A DNA stretch of 64,000 nt from an uncultured delta proteobacterium (lineage in GTDB: Bacteria > Myxococcota_A > Polyangia > Fen-1088): assembly GCA_963767925.1 (NCBI GenBank), contig CAVYGB010000008.1:2272001-2336000 (forward strand). Direction: 5' to 3'. Numbering within the stretch: position 1 is the first letter of the stretch; each line of letters opens with the position of its first letter. Shown one piece after another: positions 45,983 to 57,569 of the stretch. Made by a program: the position numbers and the translations under genes. The notes beneath the pieces are model-generated. The model was given only the letters and a program-made list of their open reading frames with translations. It did no database searches and had not been told where the DNA came from.

Positions 45983-46085
45983 GAGCCGCGCCGTGGGCCG
46001 GGAGCAGCCAGCGGCTGCAAGCGGCCGAGGCTCCCGGGGGAGCCGCGCCGTGGGGGGCGCGAAGGCACCCCCCAGGTTCGGGCTC
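45983..46085. repeat. REP-like / bidirectional terminator-like palindromic element between convergent genes
   Basis: 15-bp direct repeat GAGCCGCGCCGTGGG at 45983 and 46040; inverted repeats CCGGGAGC/GCTCCCGG and TGGGGGG/CCCCCCA. Confidence 0.55.
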
Positions 46086-46098
46086 GTCGACCCCCGCC

Positions 46099-47795
46099 TT
46101 ATTTGGCGGCCAGCTCGGCGTCGATCAGCGGCTTGAAGGTGTCGAAGGGCTGGGCGCCCACCACCGACTTGCCGTTGACGAAGAAGGTCGGGGTGCCGGT
46201 GGCGCCGACCTTGGCGGCCAGGGCGGCGTCCTCCTCGACCCGCTTCTTGAACTTGCCCGAGTCGAGGGCGGCCTTGAACTTGGCGACGTTCAGCCCCAGG
46301 TCCTGGGCGTACTTCTCGAGCGAGGGGCGGTCGAGCTGCCGCTGGTTCTCGAACAGCTTGTCGTGGAACTCCCAGAACTTGCCCTGCTCGGCGGCGGCCA
46401 TCGAGGCCTCGGCGGCGATCTGGGCGTTCTGGTGGAAGGAGAGCGGCAGGTGCTTGAAGGCGATCCGCACCTTGCCCTTGTAGGTGTCCTCGATCTGCTT
46501 GAGCGTCGGCACCGCCCGCGAGCAGAACGGGCATTGGAAGTCGGAGAAGGCCACCACCGTGACCGGCGCCGTGCGCGGCCCCTTGGCCGGCGAGTCCCCG
46601 ACCTGGATGTCGACCTTGGCGGCCGGGGTAGGGGGGGCAGCGGCGGCAGGCGCGGGAGCGGGCGCGGCCGCGGCGGCCTGGGCCATCAGCTTCTCGTAGA
46701 GGTCAGCCGGCTTGGTGCCCGCCTTGAGCAGGTCGTCGGCCTTCTTGATCTCCTCGTCGATGATGGCGGTGAAGGCCGGCAGCGGCTGGGCGCCCGAGAG
46801 CTCACGTCCGTTGATGAAGAAGGTCGGCGTGCCGTCGGCGCCCACCGAGCCGGCCAGCGCCTGGTCGTCGGCCACCATCTTCTCGATCGCCGGGTCGGCG
46901 ATGTCCTTCTTGAACTGGGCCATGTTGAGCGACAGCTCCTGGGCGTACTTCTCCAGGTCCGCAGGCATGAGCGCCTGCTGGTTGGCGAAGAGCTTGTCGT
47001 GCATCTCCCAGCCCTTGCCCTGCCGGTGGGCCGCCAGGAAGGCCTTGGCCGCAGGCCGGGCTTGCTCGTGGAAGGTGAGCGGCTGGTTCACGAACACGAT
47101 GGCGACGTCCTTGGGGTACTTGTCGGTGATCTGCTTCAGCGTCGGGTTGACCCGCGAGCAGAAGGGGCACTGGAAGTCGCTGAACTCGACGATGGTGACC
47201 TTGGCGATGCTGGGGCCCTTGCGGGGGCTGTGGGCGGGGAGGGTGACCTTGCGCGGGCCCGCCGCCGCCGGCGCGCCGGCCTGGGGAGCGGCCGCCGCCC
47301 CGGCCTTGGGGTTCTCCCCATCCATGTAGGCCAGCAGATCGGCCGACCGACTTGCCCGTCGCGGGCCATGTCGACGACCGTCTTGGCCATCTTGGGGCTG
47401 CGCGGGCAGTTGGGATCCTTCTTGGCGCAGATGGCGACGCTGCCCATGCCGCAGCCGCATTCGCAGTTGCGCTCGTTCAGCGCCTGCATGGCGGCCGTCT
47501 TCTGCCGATCGTTGAGGCCGTCCCAGCTCAGCCCGGCCACGCCGGTGAGCTCGGTGGACTTCATCCAGCCGGCGGGAAACTCGGCTTCGCTCTTGTAGAT
47601 CTTGGCCGGCGCCGCCGCGGCGGGCGCGGCGGCGACCGCGGCGGACGGCGGGGCCGCTTCGTCCGCGGCCTCGTGGCTCCCGCCGCTCCGCGGGCCCATC
47701 TCCCGGCCGATGACGAAGCCGGAGAGAAGGCCGACCACCAGCGCCCAGGGCCAGATGTTCGAGTTCGTGTTCTTCGGTTGGGATTCGCTCGCCAT
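46099..47795 (-). CDS. DsbA-family protein with two thioredoxin domains and a Cys-rich N-terminal domain (frameshift near 47345)
   Basis: Two FSDFQCPFCSR and two GTPTFF motifs; N-terminal TM; CECGC..C..C segment. Confidence 0.9.
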
Positions 47796-47844
47796 GGCGG
47801 CAAGTTATACTCGAACTGCCCCTGCCCTGCATGTATGTCAGGGG

Positions 47845-48027
47845 TTACTCGTCCTCTTCCTCGTCCTCCCAGCGAGAAGACCCCGACCGGCCGGAGCGGC
47901 TGTCCGGCTCCCCTCCGAAGATGGCGTCCATCATGTCGTCGACCGAGGCCCCCGGCGTCTCGAACCGGCGAAGCTCGTCCCGCTCGAACTCCTCGAAGCT
48001 GCGATACCCGTTCTCACTGTTCATCAT
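47845..48027 (-). CDS. Small acidic protein (60 aa)
   Basis: MMNSENGYRSFEEFERDELRR..WEDEEEDE; strong SD (GGAGGGG) before ATG 48027. Confidence 0.6.
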   Translation of the reverse strand: MMNSENGYRSFEEFERDELRRFETPGASVDDMMDAIFGGEPDSRSGRSGSSRWEDEEEDE

Positions 48028-48195
48028 GGCACCCCTCCAGGTAGCAAAACGGACTACATGTAGGTCCATGTAACCACGCTCGACCCGCCCGTCAACTTTT
48101 CGGCCTTCCCGGGGCTGGGTGGCCGGCTCTTCGCGGCCGTCGGAGAGGCAGGTTGTAAGCGGAGCGGGGTTGGTGTTAGTAGGATTCGCCCCAAC

Positions 48196-48992
48196 ATGGG
48201 AAGGGTCATCGCGGTAGCGAACCAGAAAGGGGGGCGTCGGCAAGACGACCACCGCCGTGAACCTGGCTGCCTCGCTGGCAGTCGCCGAACGGAAGGTTCT
48301 GCTCGTCGACATGGATCCCCAGGGCAACGCCACCTCGGGCCTGGGACACCCCCGCATCGCCGCCGGCAGCGACGAGGGCAGCGTCTACGACGTGCTGCTG
48401 GGCGACCGGCCCGTGCTGGAGGCGATCCGCAAGACCGAGCTGCCCTACCTCGACCTGCTGCCCTCCGGCCAGGATCTGGCGGGCGCCGAGGTCGAGCTGG
48501 TCAACCTGGACGACCGGGAGTCGCGCCTGCGCCAGCCCCTGCGGCTGATCGCGCCCGAACTACGACTTCGTCATCATCGACACTCCGCCCTCGCTGGGTC
48601 TTCTGACCCTGAACGCGCTGTGCGCCGCCGACGGCGTGCTGGTGCCCCTGCAGTGCGAGTACTACGCGCTCGAAGGCCTCTCCGATCTGCAGGCGACGGT
48701 GGGGCTGGTGGGCAGATCGCTCAACCCCGGTCTCAGCATCGAAGGTATCCTGCTGTGCATGGTCGACACCCGCCAGAACCTCACCGATCAGGTGGCGGGC
48801 GAGGTCCGCGAGCACTTCGGGGACCGCGTGTACACGACCCCCATCCCGCGCAACGTGCGCCTGTCCGAGGCGCCCTCGTTCGGCAAGCCGATCTTGCTGT
48901 ACGACGTGGCCTCGAAGGGTGCCCAGAGCTACCTCGATGCGGCACGCGAGTTCGTCCAGCGACACGCGCGCGGTGGGCGAGCGACGGCATGA
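48196..48992 (+). CDS. parA: ParA/Soj chromosome partitioning ATPase (frameshifted)
   Basis: ANQKGG(VGKTT), VDMDPQGNATSG, VPLQCEYYALEG, IPRNVRLSEAPSFGKP. Confidence 0.94.
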
Positions 48993-49937
48993 CCGGTAAA
49001 CGCCGCGTGCTCGGCCGCGGCCTGGCAGCGCTCATCGCGGAGGCGGCGCCCAGCCCGGCTCCGCAGGCGGCGCCCGCTGCCCGGCGAGCGGCCGCTCGGT
49101 CCGGCCAATCCCCCGCGCGGCGATGGTCTGCACATCGTCGGCCATCGAGGACGTTCACCCCGCCCGCACCAGCCGCGCAAGACGTTCGACGACGACCGGC
49201 TGGACGAGCTGGCCGAGTCGATCCGCGCGCAGGGGATCATCCAGCCGCTCATCGTTCGCCGGCGGCCCGGCGGCAGCGGCGGCTTCGAGCTGATCGCGGG
49301 CGAACGCCGCTGGCGGGCGGCCCAGCGGGCCGGGTTGCACGAGGTCCCGGTCGTCGTCCGCGAGGTGGCCGAGCGAGCAGGCCTTCGAGATGGCGCTGGT
49401 CGAGAACCTGCAGCGGGCCGACCTGAACCCCATCGAGGAGGCCGAGGGGTACCAGCGCCTGATGGCCGAGTTCGGCTACACCCAGGAGACGCTGGCCGGC
49501 CGGGTGGGCAAGGACCGCAGCACCGTGGCCAATGCCCTGCGGCTGCTCAAGCTGCCGCCCGCCGGTGCGCGACATGGTGATCGCCGGGCGGCTCTCGATG
49601 GGTCACGCCCGGGGCTTGCTGGGCCTGGAATCGGACACCGCCATGGAGCGGCTGGCCCGGCAGACGCTGGCCCGCGAGCTGTCGGTGCGGCAGGTCGAGA
49701 CTCTCGTGCGGCGCGAGCGGCAGGAGGGGGCCAAGCGCTCCGACTCCGACGGCGCGGCGAGCGCCACCCCCCCCGCGCCCCCCTCGCCCGCTGCCCGCGA
49801 CCTCGTGCAGAAGCTGGAGCAGGCCCTGGGTACCCGGGTGCGGCTGATGCAAGCCGACGCCACCCGTGGCCACCTCGAGATCTCACTACCACTCGCTCGA
49901 CGAGCTCGACGCTCTGCTGGCCAAGATCATCCGCTGA
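48989..49937 (+). CDS. parB: ParB/Spo0J partitioning protein (frameshifted)
   Basis: [76 protein letters not shown]. Confidence 0.94.
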
Positions 49938-49958
49938 CGGCGGGGCGCTGGGCTGCGA

Positions 49959-51192
49959 TCAGCCCTTCCGGAGCAGCAGGATGTGCTCGCGGCGAGGCTG
50001 CGAGCCGAAGATGACCCGCACGGCCGGGTCGCGCGGGGGCCGAACCTGCGAGGCGCGCGCCACCAGCGACAGGCCCGCCTCGGCGCCGGCCTCGGTGACC
50101 GCCCGGGCGGCGTCTTCGGGCTTTTTTCCCACCACCCCGTCGCCGACAACGAGCATCGCCAGGCCCGAAGGGCGCAGCACCCGGGCCATCTCCTCCAGCC
50201 AGGCCCGGCGGCCCTCCTGCCACAGCTCACGGACGGTGCCCGGACCACCCCGCCGCTCGCCGAGCTGGCGCTGGCGCAGGGTCTCGATCGGCAGACCCAG
50301 CCAGCGAAACCGGACGGCGTGTTGCTCGGCGTAGTCGTAGACCCCCGCGTAGGGTGGCGAAGAGAGCACCAGGTCGACCGAGCGCGCGCGGGCGTCCGGG
50401 TAGCTGCGGGCGTCGCCCAGATGGACATCAGCCCGGGGGGTCCCCTCCGGAGTCACGAGGGAAAGCTCGGCCAGGCCCGCCGCCAGCTCCTCGGCCCGCT
50501 CCGCGAAAAACCGGGAGGGAAAGCCCCGCGCGATCCGCTTGTCGAGGCCGTCCTGGGCGCCTCGGGTCCGGAGCGCATCAACTTGACGAGGAGGGAAGAG
50601 AGGCAGAGCCGGAGCGCCTGGCCCTGGGGCTCGTCGGCCGACGTCTCCATGACCGCCGCCCGCAGGGTGAACAGCTCGAGCGCGACGTGGGGGTGGTAGC
50701 GGGCGAAATCGAGGGGGGCCCAGCGTGGCAGCTGGGGGCGGATGCGCGCCCGAGCCTGGGCCCCCACCGCGCTGGCGATGGCCTTGGCCCGCTCGACCAG
50801 ATCGCGCCGCCAGCCCTCCGGCATGCGGCGAGTCCGCACGGTCGCGATCAGCACCGCCAGCGGGCTGGCGTCGACGCCGATAGCCTTGCGACCGGCCACC
50901 AGCGCCTCGACGAGGACCGTGCCGCTGCCACAGAACGGGTCGAGCACGGTCGCGCCCGGCGGAGTGAAGCGCCCGATGGCCCCCCGGGCGATCGAGGGGT
51001 GGAGCTTGCCCGCGTAGCTGTGAAAGCCGTGGGTCAACGCCCGTTCCAGCTTGAAGTCCACCGAGAAGATTTCGGCCAGGCTCTCGGCCTCCTCGGTCGA
51101 GCCCTCGGTCTCGACCGGGCCCCGGATCACGGAGAAGGCCCGGCGCTGGTGGGCGGCGGGCAGGGGGAACGGCCCGGTTCCGCGCGGGCGGG

Positions 51193-51205
<13 letters not shown>
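49959..51205 (-). CDS. SAM-dependent amino-methyltransferase (N4-C/N6-A DNA MTase-like or Trm11-like), frameshift near 50550
   Basis: [13 protein letters not shown]; motif [11 protein letters not shown]; motif [19 protein letters not shown]. Confidence 0.8.
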
Positions 51206-52410
<1,205 letters not shown>

Positions 52411-52418
52411 CTCCCCAT

Positions 52419-52436
52419 CAGAACTATAACGTTCTG
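52419..52436 (-). promoter_or_regulatory. Palindromic operator candidate overlapping a -10-like box upstream of the AAA gene
   Basis: CAGAAC-N6-GTTCTG; minus strand reads TATAGT then GGGGAG-ATG. Confidence 0.4.
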
Positions 52437-52507
52437 GAGCAGCCCCTCAAAGGGCCAACTGCGGCGCCGGGACCGGCGGTGGGGCCAGCGGTCGGCCCCC
52501 ATGGCGA

Positions 52508-53599
52508 CTATGGGACCACGATGCCGGGGCAGCCCAGGACGATGTCGACCTGACCCGCTTTCGTCCTCAAACGCTCGCACCAGGCGCCGTTGAGCTGGAT
52601 CGCCGTGTGCTGAGGGCTGGTGTAGCTCCAGCCGTTGCTGGCGTTCTCGGGCACCCGCTCGGAATCGATCGTCACCTTGACCGAATCGGGCGCGGGCGGC
52701 GGCTTGCTGAGATTGAACACGCAGGTGGTGATCTGCCCGGCGATCTCGCCGAGCGCCCGGCTCAGATCCATCCGGTTGGCCACCGGAAAGAACCGCAACG
52801 CGGGATCGGCGCGGGGGACGCCGCCCACCATCGCCATCTGGTTGAGCGTCTCGACCCCCTCCGGCTGGATGGCGATGCCGATCACGTAGGTCTTGAAGCC
52901 AGCCGTCGCCGCGTTTTGCACGGCCTGCACCGCGAGCGAACGCGCGACCGCCGAGGGGCTGTTGAGGGGGCAGGTCGGCTCGCCGTCGGTGGCCAGGGCA
53001 ATGTATTTGGGATTGTTGTCCGGCAGCGTGCGGAGGTAAGCGACCGCCTTGTCCATCGCATCGCTGGTTGGAGTGCCCCCCTGCCCGGCCGCGTTGAACC
53101 CGTCCAATCGGGCACGGGCCAGGACCATCGCGTGGTTGCTGCCCGCCACCGTCACCTCGGCGCCATCGGCGACCGCACAGCCCTCGGGAAAGGGGAAGAG
53201 CTTGAGGCCCCACTTGACCAGCGACTCGGTCCCCTTGACCACCTCGTCCATCGCACCGAGCGCCTCCGTCCAGAGGGTCGCGCCGGCAGCGCCTCCGACC
53301 GGCGCGCGGCCCATCGAGGACGAACGATCGAGCACCAGCATCAGCGAGGGCGGCACCCGCTCGAGCGTGAACTTCTCGAACCCGCACTCCCGGGCGTCCG
53401 CGGCGGCGACCGAGCTCGGTGGCTCGGGCAATGTGAAGCCGGGGATCTCCGGTCCCGGACCGCTGTCCCGAACCTCGCCACCGACGACACCACCCAGGCT
53501 CGGCGTCGCCCGGTAGACCGGCCGCTCGTTGCACGAGGCCAGCAAGAACAGACCCGAGAACAGACGAAAGAAGGCTAGGGGATAAGTGCTGAACGACAT
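52508..53599 (-). CDS. vWA-domain lipoprotein (myxobacterial CglB-like family)
   Basis: Lipobox LLASC; MIDAS DRSSSM, GTPT, TDGEPTC; Cys-containing C-terminal domain. Confidence 0.85.
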   Translation of the reverse strand: MSFSTYPLAFFRLFSGLFLLASCNERPVYRATPSLGGVVGGEVRDSGPGPEIPGFTLPEPPSSVAAADARECGFEKFTLERVPPSLMLVLDRSSSMGRAPVGGAAGATLWTEALGAMDEVVKGTESLVKWGLKLFPFPEGCAVADGAEVTVAGSNHAMVLARARLDGFNAAGQGGTPTSDAMDKAVAYLRTLPDNNPKYIALATDGEPTCPLNSPSAVARSLAVQAVQNAATAGFKTYVIGIAIQPEGVETLNQMAMVGGVPRADPALRFFPVANRMDLSRALGEIAGQITTCVFNLSKPPPAPDSVKVTIDSERVPENASNGWSYTSPQHTAIQLNGAWCERLRTKAGQVDIVLGCPGIVVP

Positions 53600-53647
53600 G
53601 AAGGGGGGCCTTTCCGGGCCGGACCCCGAAGGCCGACCCGCTCGCGG

Positions 53648-54850
53648 CTATCCTACGTCGGGGCCCTTTTCGCTGCCAAGGCCGCGCGGAGGCTTCCTGG
53701 GCAGCTCGCCTCCGGTGAGGCGGGCGCTGGTTGCGGCCGCGGCATACCGGACCACGCCGAGGGCGATCTGGAAGCGCTCTTTCTGGCCGCCGAGCGCCGC
53801 CCCCCGCCAGCTCGCCAGGATGCGCCGCAGGCGCAGCCCGGCGTCGGAGCTGGGGTTGACGTCGGGTGGAAAGACGAGCGTCGGCTCGACCTCCGCGGCC
53901 GCGACCATCAGCGCGCCCAGGTCGCCGCCCGACGAGGCCGGATCCTCCCGGGAAAACAGGGTCTCGAGCCACAAGGCGTGCGCGAGGAACCGGATGCCGA
54001 ACGCCACGCCCGCCGGCGAGGCGGCGGGCGCGGGGCCGTCGCGCACCGAGGCAAACTGGAAAAGCGCCGCCGCCAGGGCGCCCCCCGCTGCCAGCAGCCC
54101 GAGCTCGATGACACGATCGGCTACCAGCCGGCCGAGGGTCGGAAAGCGGAGGATTGGGAGGATCCTCCCCCAGGAGATGGCCGGCTCGAGGCGCATCGGA
54201 TCCAGAGCCTCGCCCAGGGGGCTCGCCCGGGACAGGGCTCCGAACGCAGACCGCGCGCAGGCCGGCACCCCGATCTCGCGCAGCCAGAGCCGGCGGGTCT
54301 CGTCGACGGTGACCCGACGCAAGCGGGGCATCGCCAGCAGGCGCGGCGGCGGTGTGCGGCCCACGAAGAGCTGCTTGCCCAGCCAGTAGGTGACCAGCCG
54401 CTCGGGCTGGACCACCTCGGGGAGCCGCACCAGCAGCGAGTGGCGCCGCACGGCCTCCGCGGCGGTCGGGGGCGGCCCGAGATCGGCGAGGCGCCCAGCC
54501 GCCTCGGCGATGCGGCTCCGGCCGCGCTCGTCGTGCCCCTCGGCGAACGTGGGGTGCGACAGCAGGAGGAGGTTGTGGAGGGCAGCCCCCAGCCGCAGCG
54601 TGCTCTCGTCCATCCCGGGAGCCTGGACGTCGAGCAGCAGAGTGGAGGCGAGCGCGGCCCGGGCCTTGGCCAGCTCCTCTCCGGCCCGCAGCTCGTCGGG
54701 GCCGAGCTGGGCGAACCGCTTGCGGGCATCGGTGGAGGCCCACCCGGCGACGAGCCCCGCCACCGCCTTGGCCTCGAGCGGGCGACCGACGTGGACCTGC
54801 CCGCCCTTGACCAGCGGCAGAAGGAACCGGCCGACCAGCGGACGCAACAT
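53648..54850 (-). CDS. Cytoplasmic hypothetical protein, possibly FtsH-ternary-system X6-like domain
   Basis: Intact ORF with no signal peptide; motifs PLVKGGQVHVGRPL, ALHNLL, RRHSLL.RL, WLG..FVGRTPP. Family resemblance is from recollection and unverified. Confidence 0.55.
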   Translation of the reverse strand: MLRPLVGRFLLPLVKGGQVHVGRPLEAKAVAGLVAGWASTDARKRFAQLGPDELRAGEELAKARAALASTLLLDVQAPGMDESTLRLGAALHNLLLLSHPTFAEGHDERGRSRIAEAAGRLADLGPPPTAAEAVRRHSLLVRLPEVVQPERLVTYWLGKQLFVGRTPPPRLLAMPRLRRVTVDETRRLWLREIGVPACARSAFGALSRASPLGEALDPMRLEPAISWGRILPILRFPTLGRLVADRVIELGLLAAGGALAAALFQFASVRDGPAPAASPAGVAFGIRFLAHALWLETLFSREDPASSGGDLGALMVAAAEVEPTLVFPPDVNPSSDAGLRLRRILASWRGAALGGQKERFQIALGVVRYAAAATSARLTGGELPRKPPRGLGSEKGPDVG

Positions 54851-54855
54851 CGAAC

Positions 54856-56364
54856 CTAGCCCCGCCAGCCCCACAGGGGCAGCAGGCCCAGCGGATCGTT
54901 TTCGATCTCCGGAGGAGGGGGCGGCTCGGTCGGCGGTGGCGGGTCACCTGGGCGCGCGCCCAGGGGAGGCGACCAGGGCAGCTCGGCGCGCGCCAGAGTC
55001 TTGCGCTCGAGGACCTCGAAGGTCTCGCGGGCGATCCGGAAAGGCGGCTTGTCCGCGTCGGGAAACACACACACCGCTCCATCGGAGACGCCCAGCCGCT
55101 CGGCCAGCAGCCCGGGCGACAGCGCGGGCCGCAGGCGCCGTCCCACCGGCACGAACACGCCGGGGATGGCCTCCTCGAGGAGCTGGCCGAACGGCACGCC
55201 TTCGAGCCGGTCGCCCGCCACCACGAGCACGCCCGCCTCGACGAAGGCGACCCGGTAGCTGCGCAGGGCCGCGGCGGGCAGGGCGAACAGCAACCGGCGC
55301 AGCCAGCCCGCGCGCGACCAGGCCACCAGCGCCGCCCGGGGCCGGGCCGGCACGTTGGCCACCGGCTCGAGCCGGAGCGGCACCTCGAGCGCCCCGGCGG
55401 GCGGCGGCGCGGTCAGCGCCGCGCGCGGCTCCTCGCGCACGGGGATGCGCAGCTTCACCACGTCGTCGAGGGCGGCAAACGACGGGCGCGGTGAGACCTC
55501 GGTGACCGGACGCGGCGGCGGGCCGAGCAGGAGCATCCGCTCGCCGCGCAGGGCGGCCCGGCAGCTTGCCAGGTGGATCGGGTGCTCGTACCCGGCCGCG
55601 ACCAGCACGTCGTCGAGCACGGGCAGATAGAGGTCGAGCCCCGGCGTGCGGGTGCACAGGCCGGCCATACGGGGGGGCAGCTCTGCTATGCGGAACAGCC
55701 AGAACGAGGGGGCCGCCGAGAAGGGCGTGCTCCGCGGAGGCTCACAGACGGCCACCTGCGCTTCGATCCCGGCGCCGAACAGGTAGTCGACCATGACCGG
55801 GGCCAGGCCCCGCCGGACCGCCAGGTAGACCGGACCCCGGCGCGAGCCCCGCCAGGCCGCCTCCGCCCCGCCGGGAAAGCGGCGCAGCTCCAGGCGAAGC
55901 AGGAGCCGCTCGAGCTGCAGCTGCCCCTCCTCGCGAAAGCACAGGTCCGCGTCGTCGGTGTACAGGGTAAAATCGCCGTCTCCGTGCGAAACGACCGACG
56001 CGTCATATCCCAGCGGTGAGCGGCTGTCCCGGGCGGGAACGAAATGGTGGGCAGTACCGGTGAACGACGAGCCTCCAGCCAGCCGGGCGGTGTTGGCCAC
56101 CAGATCGGTGGTGGCGCCCCCCGGGTTGGCCACGCGGACGAACGCCTCGCGGGCCCCGTTGCCGGGGCGGGCATACACGATCCGGAGGCCACCCCACAGC
56201 TCCTCGGGCGTGCGCTCGGCGCTCAGCAGCCGCAGGAACCCCACCAGCCGATCCAGGGTGCCGAAGCGCAAGAGCAGATCGCGCCCCACCGCCGCGCCCC
56301 GCGTGTCGGCGCTCAGACCCGGGAGGTTGAACCGCACCTGCCCCACCGGAACCCGCGTGAGCAT
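54856..56364 (-). CDS. Cytoplasmic hypothetical protein, possibly FtsH-ternary-system X7-like domain
   Basis: Intact 502-aa ORF; TLDRLVGFL, SPLGYD, GYEHPIHL, RLLFALP, PGVFVPVG..LRP; ends PLGLLPLWGW. Family resemblance is from recollection and unverified. Confidence 0.55.
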   Translation of the reverse strand: MLTRVPVGQVRFNLPGLSADTRGAAVGRDLLLRFGTLDRLVGFLRLLSAERTPEELWGGLRIVYARPGNGAREAFVRVANPGGATTDLVANTARLAGGSSFTGTAHHFVPARDSRSPLGYDASVVSHGDGDFTLYTDDADLCFREEGQLQLERLLLRLELRRFPGGAEAAWRGSRRGPVYLAVRRGLAPVMVDYLFGAGIEAQVAVCEPPRSTPFSAAPSFWLFRIAELPPRMAGLCTRTPGLDLYLPVLDDVLVAAGYEHPIHLASCRAALRGERMLLLGPPPRPVTEVSPRPSFAALDDVVKLRIPVREEPRAALTAPPPAGALEVPLRLEPVANVPARPRAALVAWSRAGWLRRLLFALPAAALRSYRVAFVEAGVLVVAGDRLEGVPFGQLLEEAIPGVFVPVGRRLRPALSPGLLAERLGVSDGAVCVFPDADKPPFRIARETFEVLERKTLARAELPWSPPLGARPGDPPPPTEPPPPPEIENDPLGLLPLWGWRG

Positions 56365-56402
56365 GTCCCCAGTTTAACCTCTCTCGCCCGATCGGGCCGC
56401 CC

Positions 56403-57558
56403 TTGCCAGCCGAGAGCGCGGCCCGGCCTCGCCGTCACCGTCGCCCTGGCGACCGTCGTCCTGGCCGCGCTCGCCGGCTGTGGGGACGATCGGGGGGACG
56501 CCTCGGGGGCGCCCTTTCCTGCTCCGAACCGCCGCCTCGACGCCGGCTCCGTGGCCGATGGCGGAGACGGGTCGGGGTTCGACCCCGACGGTGGTCCCGA
56601 CCCCGGCCCGGAGCGCGACGCCGGGGACGACGAGCCCACGGGCTGGCCGGTCGGATCCGTGCCTCTGCCCTGGCGGATCCGGTGGATCGGCGATCCGCCC
56701 CCTGCCCCCCCGCCGGCCGATGCCGCGCCTCCGGCCGACACCGCCCCACCCGACGCCGGTCCGGACGCGCCTGCCGACGCCGCACCCGACGCGCAGCTGG
56801 ACGCCGCACCGGAGGTCGCCCCCGACGGGGCGCCCGAGCTCGCCCCCGACGGGTCACCGGACCTGTCCGCCGCCGACGCCCCCCACACCCCCGACCCCGA
56901 TGCCCCCGCGGCAGACGCGTCCGACCTCGAGCGCGGTCCACCCGACGGGACGGACGGCCCGATGTCGGGCGAGGTGCCCGCTGCGGAGGTTGCGGCGGGA
57001 CGCCCGGCATCCGAGGACGATCGCGATCCCGATCCGGGGTGGTGGGCCCAGGCCCAGGCCGATGGCCCCCGCTTCGCCCTGCGGGCCGGGGGCACCGGGG
57101 TGGGCGTCAGCGACGCCGCCGATCAGTTCCTGTTCGTCGAACAGCCGGTCGCCGGCGACGCCACCCTCGTGGCGCGGGTGCGGACTGTCACCGGCTGTCC
57201 TGCCGGCCGTGTAACCTTCGGAGTCATGTTGCGCGCCTCGCTGGCCCCGGGGGCTCCTTACGTCATGGCCGCCGTGAGCGGCACGCCGGGGGCGACCTTG
57301 CAGGCCCGTCGCTTCGCGGACTACTACGCCAACGTGCTCCGGATCGACAACGGGGTCGAGCGCCCGCTCCTGCTCCGGGTGCGCCGGGAGGGCACCCGGG
57401 CCACGGCGGGATACTCCCGGGACGGCCAGATCTGGCAGGAGGCCCGGGTCGATCTATCCGAGATGGGCCCGGAGGCCCACTTCGGGCTGGTGGCGAGCTC
57501 TCACCGGGGAGCCGCCACCTGCGCGGCCCTCTTCGAAAGTGTCGTGGTCGGTCCGTGA
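56403..57558 (+). CDS. Lipoprotein with Asp/Pro/Ala linker and C-terminal beta-sandwich (concanavalin/DUF1349-like) domain; start uncertain
   Basis: Lipobox LAGC; DAxPD repeats; GVMLRASL, LLRVRREG, YSRDGQIW, FGLVASSH. No clean in-frame start codon seen. Confidence 0.6.
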
Positions 57559-57569
57559 GCGAGGGGGGC

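Noticed and set aside
56690..56960. Short periodic repeats (GACGCC/CCCGAC) suggestive of an array
   Set aside because: They encode a low-complexity Asp-Ala-Pro linker; no constant repeat-spacer structure and no cas genes, so not CRISPR.
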